A stretch of DNA of 64,000 nt. It comes from a virus. Taxonomy: Duplodnaviria > Caudoviricetes. Every line of letters starts with the position of its first letter. The stretch's first letter is position 1. Both the position numbers and the translations under genes were made by a program. The stretch lies in IMG/VR virus record IMGVR_UViG_3300013426_000019, positions 1 to 64,000 of that record; one strand, written 5' to 3'. Positions 39,745-48,922 of the stretch are shown here, piece by piece. The notes beneath the pieces are model-generated. The model had not been told where the DNA came from, searched no databases, and saw only the letters and a program-made list of their open reading frames with translations.

Positions 39745-41016
39745 GTGTTTCAGTGGAGTAATTTAATTATAGTGGCACTCACTCAAAAATGTAATATGAA
39801 CTGTAAATATTGCTATCTTGGAGATAAATCATCCCTTCCCGACACTGAGATGAGTTTTGCCACCTATAAAGTTTTAATAAATCAAATAGCTTTAGATAAG
39901 GTTCAGTTTTTTAAAGAAAAAGGGAAGATTTCCAAATTTCAGGTGCTTCTTCATGGGGGGGAACCTACTCTTATTTCCAAAAATAAATTTGAGAGATTTT
40001 TAGAATATGGAACAAAAGTCTTCAGTGCGTATGGCCTGCCCTTCGAATTTTCAGTGCAAACTAACGGCATTAACTTAGACCGGGATTTATTACAGATATT
40101 TAAAGATTATAACGTCCATTTAGGTATAAGTATAGACGGATGTACTAATAATTTAAGAGATGCCCCTGTTGATCAAAAATTGATTATTAATCATTTAAAT
40201 TTAGCTAAAGAAATGGATGTTAAATTTGGCACAGTAAGTGTATTCACATCATTAGATGATAAAAATTTTTTGGATGAAATTCTAGCTTATAATGGGTGGA
40301 TGTGCATCAAAGTTAATAAAATGGAAGAGTATTATAATAATGGATTAACTCCCTCTCCTGCCCATTATTTTAATAATATATTTCTGCCGTCCTTCAAAGA
40401 TTATATTTCAGGATCTAAATCGAGAATTTATTCTGATTTAGAAAGAATAATAGATGGTTTTTTAATAGATGTTGCTACTTCTCATAGTTATAATACCCAG
40501 AGTACCTGCAAATTTAAGTTTTGTGGAGCAGGAACAAAACTTATAAGTATAATGCCCAGTGGGCTAATGCATATATGTGATCATTGGAGAGGTGATGAAA
40601 CTTTTTACAACGAAAAAGTGCATCAAGTGGGAACTTTTGATTTTCTTACTTTGCAACAATTCAGAGCCTCCCTACGTTGGATTCAAAAATTAAATCCCTT
40701 AATTAAGGAGAAAGGATGTGATAATTGTATTTACTCAATTATATGTTTGCATGAATGTCCCTTATCTAATATAAAGTTAAATGGGAAGTGGGCCCTTGAT
40801 AAAAGGGATTGTGAACTTACTAAGATGATTTATGATTATCTTTGGGAGCATCTTGAGGATTTATTAGAAGGTGTAAGTAAAAGGAAAAATAATATAATTT
40901 CGACCACTGATTTCTCTATATATAAGTTGCATAAAAGATTCCAATTGAGTAAGTATAAAATATCAAAGATTAATCGTAATTCTATTAAAATAGAAAAAGG
41001 CGCAGAGCATGTTTAG
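39745..41016 (+). CDS. Radical SAM/SPASM enzyme 4
   Basis: CNMNCKYC, HGGEP, QTNG, CGAG, CDNCIYSIICLHECP...C. Confidence 0.92.
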   Translation: MFQWSNLIIVALTQKCNMNCKYCYLGDKSSLPDTEMSFATYKVLINQIALDKVQFFKEKGKISKFQVLLHGGEPTLISKNKFERFLEYGTKVFSAYGLPFEFSVQTNGINLDRDLLQIFKDYNVHLGISIDGCTNNLRDAPVDQKLIINHLNLAKEMDVKFGTVSVFTSLDDKNFLDEILAYNGWMCIKVNKMEEYYNNGLTPSPAHYFNNIFLPSFKDYISGSKSRIYSDLERIIDGFLIDVATSHSYNTQSTCKFKFCGAGTKLISIMPSGLMHICDHWRGDETFYNEKVHQVGTFDFLTLQQFRASLRWIQKLNPLIKEKGCDNCIYSIICLHECPLSNIKLNGKWALDKRDCELTKMIYDYLWEHLEDLLEGVSKRKNNIISTTDFSIYKLHKRFQLSKYKISKINRNSIKIEKGAEHV

Positions 41017-42274
41017 ATTTACAAATTTAATAATTTTCGAATTGACTAGAGATTGTAATCTTAATTGTAAATATTGTTTAATGCAAGAAAAATATAAACA
41101 TAGAGGAGAAATTATTGATTTTGAGCTTTTTAAAAAAATAATTAATAGAATAGCTGAACAAAGAATTTTAAATGGTAAAGATCAAGAAGAATTTCATATA
41201 AATTTTCATGGGGGTGAGTGTACTCTAATAGGAAAATATAATTTTACTAGGTTTTTGGACTATGTGACTAAAACTTACGATGAATTGGGTCTGAATTATA
41301 AATTAGGGATACAGACTAATGGAACTTTATTGGATGAGGAATTCCTTAAGATTTTAAGACATTATAATTTATCTGTTGGTATCAGTTACGATGGTACTGG
41401 GGAGAAAAAGCCTTTACGATATTCCACAGACATTCAAAGTAAACTCGAGGATACTATCAAACTCTGTACCAAAATGAAAGTACCTATTGGTGTATTAGGT
41501 GTTTTATCTAAAAATAATAGTAATAATTTAGTTAAAGACAGTATTTCCCAATTTAAAAAATTAGGTATTTTTTCTAAATATAGTTTTCTTGAGGACTTAC
41601 AAAATCCTTATGATTCTAAAATCGAATTAACAGGAAAACAAATATTCAAAAGAGCATATAAACCTATAATTGATTTTTACATAAAGACTGGAATTAAACT
41701 AGAACAACATACAATAGCTTTAATGACTGACACCTTGACTGATATATTATGCTATCACCCTAGAAGGTATGAGACAGGTTGTTCAGGGTTGATTTGTGGT
41801 GCTGGTATGACCATGATTGCTGTCAGGCCTGATGGTACTATGGGGTACTGCGATAGATATTCTAAAGATTTTAATGAGAATTATATAGAGCACGCTTTAG
41901 ACTATGACTTTTTAGGTCTTCATCAATTGAGCAAAGCTATTAAATTAGTCCAAATAAAGCACAGAATAATTCAAAAAGTAGGTTGTGATACCTGCAGGGC
42001 AAATTATATGTGTGAAAATGGGTGCTTGGCTTTTTATTATTCTAAATTTGGGAAATATGATATTCAAAAGGAACTTATTTGTGATCAATATTTACTTACT
42101 TATGATTATGTAAGAAAAAATTTAGTTAAAATATTATTAAGTAGCATCGACAAACATTTTATTTTACCTGCCGGAATTCATGATATCAAGCCTTATTATG
42201 TAGATTTATTTAAAAATAAATATAAAATTAAATTGACAATAATTGATAATATATTATATATATATAAGGTATAA
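41009..42274 (+). CDS. Radical SAM/SPASM enzyme 5 (paralog of enzyme 4)
   Basis: CNLNCKYC, HGGE, QTNG, CGAG, CDTCRANYMCENGC...C. Confidence 0.92.
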   Translation: MFRFTNLIIFELTRDCNLNCKYCLMQEKYKHRGEIIDFELFKKIINRIAEQRILNGKDQEEFHINFHGGECTLIGKYNFTRFLDYVTKTYDELGLNYKLGIQTNGTLLDEEFLKILRHYNLSVGISYDGTGEKKPLRYSTDIQSKLEDTIKLCTKMKVPIGVLGVLSKNNSNNLVKDSISQFKKLGIFSKYSFLEDLQNPYDSKIELTGKQIFKRAYKPIIDFYIKTGIKLEQHTIALMTDTLTDILCYHPRRYETGCSGLICGAGMTMIAVRPDGTMGYCDRYSKDFNENYIEHALDYDFLGLHQLSKAIKLVQIKHRIIQKVGCDTCRANYMCENGCLAFYYSKFGKYDIQKELICDQYLLTYDYVRKNLVKILLSSIDKHFILPAGIHDIKPYYVDLFKNKYKIKLTIIDNILYIYKV

Positions 42275-42284
42275 GGAGCCTCAG

Positions 42285-43865
42285 ATGTTTGATTTAAAAG
42301 TAGGATTTACATGCAATAATAAGTGTATACATTGTGTGGTGGAGGGTAAAAAATCAACTAAGGATTTAACCTTGGAAGAAATTAAAGACATTGTAAATAG
42401 AGTTCCAGAAAGAGAGGGGATTGTACTTACAGGAGGTGAGGTAAGTATAAGAAAAGATTTTTACGATATTGTTAAATATTGTTTTGACAAGGGGCATAAA
42501 GTATGTATACAAACTAATGGTACAGGTTTTACAAAAGAGTTAACAGAAAAAATTGCCCCCTATCTTTCGCAGGTCTTAATAGCTATACATTCTTGCAATG
42601 AGGATATTCATAATAAAATCGTGCAATGTAAGGGTCCTGACTCCATGTATAAAAAAACAATGGAAGGTTTTAAAAATTTAATAGAAGCTGGGGTTAATTT
42701 AGAAACACAGACTGTAATATCCACGTTGAATATAAAGACTTTATATGATACGTATTCCATGATTCAAAAAATGTTGCCAATGTGTTTTATGCATCTGACT
42801 TATCCACACCCTATGGGAGGAGCTTACGACAATCATGAAATAGTATGTCCTAAGTATAGCAATATCAAAAAATATATCCTCCCGATCGTGAGGGATTTTG
42901 GAACAAGACTCGTAGTAGAGGCCATCCCCCCTTGTTATCTGCACCCCTGGTATCAATCCATTGAAATTTTAATGGATTCAGAAATTAAGAGAGGCTCTCT
43001 TTGTCGCAAAGGCTTTGATAAGAGTATTTCTGAATCTAATGAGACTGTACAAGATTATAATAAAAATGATGTAAATTCAAAAAGAAAAGGTCCTCTCTGT
43101 AGTGAATGTGCTTATAACTATGAGTGTATAGGCGTTTGGAAAGAGTATTTAGAATTTTATAGGGATAATTGTGATTTATATCCTGTTGAAGAAATAGATG
43201 ATAATTCTATAAATAGGGTTTATATTAAATTATCCGGGGCTACAGATCAATTCTTGTTGAATCAAATACTGTCCAAATATAAATATGAGGAAATTATTCC
43301 TTATGGAAATTTGAGAAGTAGCTTAAAAACTCTTAATTTTTTTAATTATAAATATATCAGACCTTATGTTTTAACCGAAAAAAATTTATACTTATTAGAG
43401 GAATTTAAAGATATTAATCTCCATATAGAAAAGGATACTCATTTTTTAGATTTTCTTATAAAGAATAATTATAAAAATAATTTTTATGTTGATTTTGATA
43501 TTTTAAATAGAACTTTTGAGGAAGTAGAACCTATTTTGAATAAACTATCACAATTGAATATTGGATATTGTAGAATTTTCCGGAGTAAAGGTGAAAATAT
43601 AGAAGATGGCAAAGAATCTTTTGCTATTTTAAACAAAATTAATAAAATTAGAGATAACTACCCTTATCAAATATTATTTGTGAATGCTCAAAATTGCAAC
43701 TTTGATGAATGTACTTATTTAATTCAAACATTACGTGATGTTTATATTGAAATAACTGACAAAATAATAGAGAATAAAATCGACAGCGATCTGTTTAAAA
43801 CAAAATGTTGCTTGAATTGCACTTTTGATTCTAGGTGTTTTGGTTTTAAAAAAGGAGGACTCTAA
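42285..43865 (+). CDS. Radical SAM enzyme 6 (HxsC-like) with an extra C-terminal Cys-containing domain (start reassigned)
   Basis: AAGGAG RBS before the ATG at 42285; CNNKCIHC, TGGE, QTNG, IPPC, CSECAYNYECIG; terminal CLNCTFDSRCFG. Confidence 0.85.
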   Translation: MFDLKVGFTCNNKCIHCVVEGKKSTKDLTLEEIKDIVNRVPEREGIVLTGGEVSIRKDFYDIVKYCFDKGHKVCIQTNGTGFTKELTEKIAPYLSQVLIAIHSCNEDIHNKIVQCKGPDSMYKKTMEGFKNLIEAGVNLETQTVISTLNIKTLYDTYSMIQKMLPMCFMHLTYPHPMGGAYDNHEIVCPKYSNIKKYILPIVRDFGTRLVVEAIPPCYLHPWYQSIEILMDSEIKRGSLCRKGFDKSISESNETVQDYNKNDVNSKRKGPLCSECAYNYECIGVWKEYLEFYRDNCDLYPVEEIDDNSINRVYIKLSGATDQFLLNQILSKYKYEEIIPYGNLRSSLKTLNFFNYKYIRPYVLTEKNLYLLEEFKDINLHIEKDTHFLDFLIKNNYKNNFYVDFDILNRTFEEVEPILNKLSQLNIGYCRIFRSKGENIEDGKESFAILNKINKIRDNYPYQILFVNAQNCNFDECTYLIQTLRDVYIEITDKIIENKIDSDLFKTKCCLNCTFDSRCFGFKKGGL

Positions 43866-44449
43866 TGAAAAACATAGGATTGAATAAAACGAGCTGGTCA
43901 GACCCTGAAAAACGGAATTATATTAATTCATGTTTACAGTCAGAAGGAATTATTAGATTTCAGTTTATGCCAAATACATTTTTAAATGTGGTCGAGCATT
44001 TAGAGGATTTAGAAACTTTAGAGCCTCTGCGGGAGATGAATATATATACTCTTTCTCCAAAGGAAGGTAAAAATCAGATTACTGTCAAAAAAGCTTCTGT
44101 AGAACTTAATGTGTTTTTAGGGGAGGGACTTAAAATAAAATCCCCTATCGAAGTAGATTTTTTTACTTTTGTATATATATGTGATGAAATTAACATCCTC
44201 TCTAATTTGATTTCTTTTAAAAAATTATTAAAAGAGTATAATATAGAGGGAAAAATAGAAGGTGACCTTATCTCTCTGGGGGACAGCACTAGATCTGATG
44301 TACTTATTCGCTGTTTCAATTATCACACAACTTCCAATTTACTTAAAACTCTTGTTTTTTGTGATACAAGTAAAATACTCAAAGAGGAGAAGGAACGCAT
44401 ACGATTCAATGAGAATTTATTAGAAATATTAGAAAGAGGAGAAGTTTAA
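43865..44449 (+). CDS. Hypothetical protein
   Basis: Coupled to rSAM 6; GGAGG RBS. Confidence 0.65.
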   Translation: MKNIGLNKTSWSDPEKRNYINSCLQSEGIIRFQFMPNTFLNVVEHLEDLETLEPLREMNIYTLSPKEGKNQITVKKASVELNVFLGEGLKIKSPIEVDFFTFVYICDEINILSNLISFKKLLKEYNIEGKIEGDLISLGDSTRSDVLIRCFNYHTTSNLLKTLVFCDTSKILKEEKERIRFNENLLEILERGEV

Positions 44450-44451
44450 TT

Positions 44452-44799
44452 ATGATATATGATATAAATAGATGTAGTCGCTGTGGAAAAAAGTTTGAGG
44501 ATTTAAGGTTATCCATTAGACTGGATATTTTCACTGAGAGGTTAAAAGAAACGGGAGTTTGGGAAGAAATTCCTAACTTAACTCAAGTATCTACAGAAAC
44601 ATTATGCCCCGAATGCTTTGATAGGTTCGTAGATGCCATGGCTTCTCTTAACGTTCCTCATGAGATTCATGAGGAAATGCTAGAAGAAGCTGTAAATGAT
44701 GTCGCAAGTATCTATCCTGTAGAACCTGCCCTAGGAAATTCTCAAGTTTTTCCAGATCAGCCAAAATCCGAAAATAAAATTTCCTTAGTAGAAGACTAA
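44452..44799 (+). CDS. Zn-ribbon protein
   Basis: CSRC...CPEC. Confidence 0.6.
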   Translation: MIYDINRCSRCGKKFEDLRLSIRLDIFTERLKETGVWEEIPNLTQVSTETLCPECFDRFVDAMASLNVPHEIHEEMLEEAVNDVASIYPVEPALGNSQVFPDQPKSENKISLVED

Positions 44800-44827
44800 G
44801 AATATTTTAAAAGGTATTGATTTATTT

Positions 44828-45832
44828 ATGGAATTTAAATATAAATTATGTGCCTATGCTATTTGTAAAAATGAGTCTCAATTTATTGATAGATGGGTAG
44901 ATTCGATGAGTGAGGCAGATTATATATGTGTATTGGATACAGGCAGCACTGATGACTCTTTTTTAAAATTAAAATTAAGGGGAGTTCATACAGAACAAAG
45001 AATATTTGAACCTTTCGATTTTAGTGTTGCCAGAAATGAATCTTTAAAATTAATCCCTAGTTGGTGTGATCTCGCAATTTGGGTTGATTTAGATGAATAC
45101 ATGGAGCCAGGCTGGCGCTCCATATTAGAAGCAAATTTTTATGGGCTTATGATGGATGTAATAAGGTCTAATCCCATAGAGGACTTTAGCGGCAAACCTT
45201 TAGAAAGGATGGATTCAATATGTTGCCAACGTATTCACAGAGTAAATTATAATAACAGTAAATTAAAATTTGTTAATCCAGTGCATGAAGGCTTAGTAGA
45301 TTTAAATAACTTAAATTATAGAAGTTCCCTTATAAAGGGTCTTAAGTTAATCCACACTCCTGATTATAGCAAAAGCCGTATTTTTTATAAAGATTTAAAG
45401 ATTTCAAAAGAAAAGGCTTCAATCGAGAAAGCTTTAAAAAATAAGGATAATTTAAAGATTTATTTTAAGGGTATAAGAAATTTTATAGATGATTATACTA
45501 ATCCTATAGATCCTAATTGTGATTTATTTAAAGAATATAAAAATGTTATCTGTGACAGATTATTAAAATTAAAAACAGGGTATCCTTTTGCCATTTATCT
45601 TTTGTGCCTATTGAATTTTTTAGAAACAAATCAAATCCCTCGAGATTTAAGTTTTGAGTTATATAAGAGGAGCCCGATTTGGTATTCTAGATTTATATTG
45701 ATTATGTGGGTCTGGAGTGATAAGAACTTGAGGAAAGGGAATCCTAGATACAGGGAAATATATCAATTGATAACCAATAAGGAGCCTTCTTTGCTAGAAA
45801 TAAGCAGGATCCAAAATTACATAGAGGTATGA
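44828..45832 (+). CDS. GT2-family glycosyltransferase
   Basis: AICKNE, DTGSTD, FDFSVARN, DLDE, VHE. Confidence 0.9.
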   Translation: MEFKYKLCAYAICKNESQFIDRWVDSMSEADYICVLDTGSTDDSFLKLKLRGVHTEQRIFEPFDFSVARNESLKLIPSWCDLAIWVDLDEYMEPGWRSILEANFYGLMMDVIRSNPIEDFSGKPLERMDSICCQRIHRVNYNNSKLKFVNPVHEGLVDLNNLNYRSSLIKGLKLIHTPDYSKSRIFYKDLKISKEKASIEKALKNKDNLKIYFKGIRNFIDDYTNPIDPNCDLFKEYKNVICDRLLKLKTGYPFAIYLLCLLNFLETNQIPRDLSFELYKRSPIWYSRFILIMWVWSDKNLRKGNPRYREIYQLITNKEPSLLEISRIQNYIEV

Positions 45833-45838
45833 ATAATA

Positions 45839-45860
45839 AGGGCTAGTGAGAACTGGCCCT
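45839..45860. terminator. Terminator at the island's right boundary
   Basis: AGGGCTAGT..ACTGGCCCT hairpin. Confidence 0.55.
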
Positions 45861-45881
45861 CCTATCTACACTTACTACAAC

Positions 45882-47087
45882 TTACAAGCTACCTCTCAAC
45901 ACTCCTGATGCTTTAGTTAGCTTCTTAAGGACTTCAACAACCTCTTGTTCCTCTCTAACGCCTTCTTCAATTAGGTAGTTATAGTCTACCTGGCCTGGTA
46001 TATCTGATTTAGATTGTCGCCTTAGATTACCAAACAGTTGTTTAACCTTAGCCTGGCATAACTTAATAGCGTTATCTCTCTGAGCGAACTCAACATCCCC
46101 AAAGCTATTAGACTTAATACCCCACCACACATTGAACTCCCCCTCGATGTTAGAGTAGATAGTAATATATCTATAAGGTTCGATGTTAGTGATATTACCT
46201 TCATCATCTCTAGTTATTTTAGAACCCTCATAAGGACCTTCGTAGTGTACCCTACGTCTATAGTTAACCAAACCTTGCATTGCAGCATTGTTGAGAAGTA
46301 GGGTATTACTTCTATTAGCACTTCTAAGAGGACTACCAAACACACTAACATCGTTCATACCTTGCCCAATCTCTAGGTAAGGAGATATTTGTGTACTCCA
46401 TATAAGAGGGTTAGTAACATTACTATTAGCAGAGCCTGCTTGCTGCAAAGACAACCCCACAACACCATAGGCATCACTCGGCATATCAACGTTCTGGACG
46501 TTAGTAGTAACATTGACAATCTCGGGTCTAGTATGAGGGCACCACTTAAACATAATCTCGAGTGCAGGTCTAAGTGCAAGTTTACAGATCTCTTCTCTTG
46601 TAAACTCTAACTCCTCCTCTCTTATAAATGGTACACCCATACAAGACATAATAGTCTCATAATCCTCATCAGATATTGTGATGCTATCATTCTTCTCGTA
46701 GAGCTCCTTAAATGGGATGAAGTTAGGATTAACAGGAACATCTTTAAGACCGCTCAGCTCCTTCTTAGTTAAGACAACGTAGAAGTGTGATGATACAATG
46801 TTATTGCCGAATGATATCTCACCATAATCAGAGTCTATAAGTGTAGCATTATTCCAATTGAGGTTACCAATATACTCCTTATCACAATATACGAGACAAC
46901 TTATCAAGGCACTATTAGGATAGCCAGCATCTCCTGCCTCTATTCTATATATCATTCCCTCATTATATATACGGGTTGACTTCTTGATTGTGATTCCACC
47001 TAGAGCTTGCCAAGCATCTCTAATATTAGAGAGAGTAGGAGGATTAGAGAATCTATAACTCCTTAGTATATCGAGCTTAGAACTCAC
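45882..47087 (-). CDS. Neck/head-completion protein (T4 gp13-like C-terminal domain)
   Basis: C-terminal AKVKQLFG...IPGQVDY..LIEEG.REEQE pattern. Confidence 0.55.
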   Translation of the reverse strand: MSSKLDILRSYRFSNPPTLSNIRDAWQALGGITIKKSTRIYNEGMIYRIEAGDAGYPNSALISCLVYCDKEYIGNLNWNNATLIDSDYGEISFGNNIVSSHFYVVLTKKELSGLKDVPVNPNFIPFKELYEKNDSITISDEDYETIMSCMGVPFIREEELEFTREEICKLALRPALEIMFKWCPHTRPEIVNVTTNVQNVDMPSDAYGVVGLSLQQAGSANSNVTNPLIWSTQISPYLEIGQGMNDVSVFGSPLRSANRSNTLLLNNAAMQGLVNYRRRVHYEGPYEGSKITRDDEGNITNIEPYRYITIYSNIEGEFNVWWGIKSNSFGDVEFAQRDNAIKLCQAKVKQLFGNLRRQSKSDIPGQVDYNYLIEEGVREEQEVVEVLKKLTKASGVLRGSL

Positions 47088-47521
47088 CTAGCTACCTCCT
47101 TCTTGTAAGGGTTATCCCCTATAACTCTAATGGCTGTCTTAATAGGGATAACATACTCTATAACTAAGGATCCCTCCTTAGTATCAATACTAACCTTCTT
47201 GAGATGTGCATCTTCAATAGATAGTGCCTTAGTAAGAGTCTCCGTATCCTCATTGATAGCTTCAATAGGAGCTTCGGGCACCTTAAAGTAACCTACATCA
47301 TATACAATACTACAATGCAGTCCACTCAAACCTTCCTTAATATTAACAAGCTGTGATACGTTAATACTGCTACCCTTAATACCCTCTAAGTCTCCAAGCA
47401 TATCCTTAAGAGTACTCTCAATACGAGGCAAGATAGTATATCTAATAAGGTCACAAGTAGATGGTAACTCTACTGTGGCGAAGTTCTCAAAGTCATTATA
47501 ATTACCAGCTGTAAATGTCAT
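47084..47521 (-). CDS. Hypothetical late protein
   Basis: ACTAATTA motif upstream (47545-47552); coupled to the neck gene. Confidence 0.6.
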   Translation of the reverse strand: MTFTAGNYNDFENFATVELPSTCDLIRYTILPRIESTLKDMLGDLEGIKGSSINVSQLVNIKEGLSGLHCSIVYDVGYFKVPEAPIEAINEDTETLTKALSIEDAHLKKVSIDTKEGSLVIEYVIPIKTAIRVIGDNPYKKEVAR

Positions 47522-47618
47522 TACACAAACTCCTAGTCACTTAATAATTAGTTGAGGCTTAATAATCACAAATCGCAAGGGGAAGATTAGAGGCTTTGAA
47601 GTGTATATTATATACATT

Positions 47619-47975
47619 ATGACAACATTTAAATTAGACGAAGATACAAAGAAGACAATATTAGAGATAAGCACACTTAGTGGGTATACTCAGAATGTAG
47701 TAAGGGAAGTCTTAGAATACCTCGCCTACTCTTGGGCAATCAAAATTGTAGATAATCCAAACAAGTATGCCCCTCTCAGCGTACCATACTTAGGTACAGT
47801 TAATGTTAAGTACAGGAAGGATGAGATTACACCAGAAGGAGGTATAGACACTCAAGTAGACGTATTGGTGGCCTTAAGTTCAGGGTTCAAGAAGTTGGTA
47901 GGTGACTTACATGATGAGGGATACTCTGAATTGGTGCCTATTATGCAGAAGAAGATCGAATATGCCAGAGAATAA
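47619..47975 (+). CDS. HU/IHF-like DNA-binding protein (start reassigned)
   Basis: ILEISTLSGYTQNVVREVL...LSVPYLGTV; TATATTATATA directly upstream. Confidence 0.5.
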   Translation: MTTFKLDEDTKKTILEISTLSGYTQNVVREVLEYLAYSWAIKIVDNPNKYAPLSVPYLGTVNVKYRKDEITPEGGIDTQVDVLVALSSGFKKLVGDLHDEGYSELVPIMQKKIEYARE

Positions 47976-48085
47976 TACCCAACTTAATATTATGCTAAGA
48001 TTGACCACTAATTAAGAGAACAATAATAGTTAATTGTGCCTCCTTATACTATAGGAGGAGATATAATAAGTTAAGAGGGCTTTAG

Positions 48086-48874
48086 ATGGCAAAGAATATT
48101 GAGAAGTTATATTCAGATCTCTTCAAGTTAAGAGACAGTTTAAGTGATATTGTAGATGAAGCTAAGGACATTGCTTCAGATTCAAGGGAATATCCAGGCT
48201 TAATTGGCAACGTACTCTCTGAGCAGATTCAGAAGTACTTCATCCCATCAATTATGGCACTACAGGAAGACACTACAAAGCCAGGAAGCTTAGCAGGTGT
48301 TATTAAGTTCTTAGATGCAGTACCACTTGCATATACAAGAGATAAGGAGATTACATCCCCGACAGATCCAATCATCCCAGAGAATGCAAATATTGAAGCA
48401 CCATCAGGATCATCTATTGTGGATTCTAATACACCTGGAGAAGAGCCTACTGAAGAAGAACCAGTAGCAGCTGAACCAGAGAGTGTAGATGAGTTACCAC
48501 TTAATGCATCATATGCCAAACCAGAAGGTGAAGAGATGAGACCTGTTGAAGAGGTGTCAGCTGAAGAACCTGTTGAACCAATTAGAGACAATGTTGAAGA
48601 GTCTACTAAGAGATCAGCAAATCGCAAGAAGTTAGAGGGTAAGGCTTGTCTATATAGAATCAGTCCCGAAGCAGGCACAGGATATATTGATAAGAACGGT
48701 AAGCTCTATACAGAAGCAGAGTTTGTTGAGAAGGCATCCAGGAGACCAACATTGTTCTTATTTGAGAGTAAGAGAGAGGCTCAGAAGTATATTACAATGA
48801 ACTCAGATTTACTTAATAGTAAGGTAAGTGAGAGCTGCAAGGACAAGGTCTTGTACACAAGTAAGAGTCTATAA
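48086..48874 (+). CDS. Hypothetical acidic late protein (possible head-internal protein)
   Basis: Late motif at 48007; Glu/Pro-rich linker; VEES and VSES sites. Confidence 0.55.
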   Translation: MAKNIEKLYSDLFKLRDSLSDIVDEAKDIASDSREYPGLIGNVLSEQIQKYFIPSIMALQEDTTKPGSLAGVIKFLDAVPLAYTRDKEITSPTDPIIPENANIEAPSGSSIVDSNTPGEEPTEEEPVAAEPESVDELPLNASYAKPEGEEMRPVEEVSAEEPVEPIRDNVEESTKRSANRKKLEGKACLYRISPEAGTGYIDKNGKLYTEAEFVEKASRRPTLFLFESKREAQKYITMNSDLLNSKVSESCKDKVLYTSKSL

Positions 48875-48895
48875 TAATTATATAATTATTATATA

Positions 48896-48917
48896 AGGGA
48901 GGTTATTAAGACCTCCC
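48896..48917. terminator. Bidirectional terminator
   Basis: AGGGAGGT..ACCTCCCT. Confidence 0.65.
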
Positions 48918-48922
48918 TGTTA

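Noticed and set aside
35295-43865. 7-deazaguanine (QueE-type) DNA modification cluster
   Set aside because: No FolE, QueD, QueC or DpdA-like genes are visible in the window, and the enzymes are long SPASM-type proteins beside a repeat substrate.
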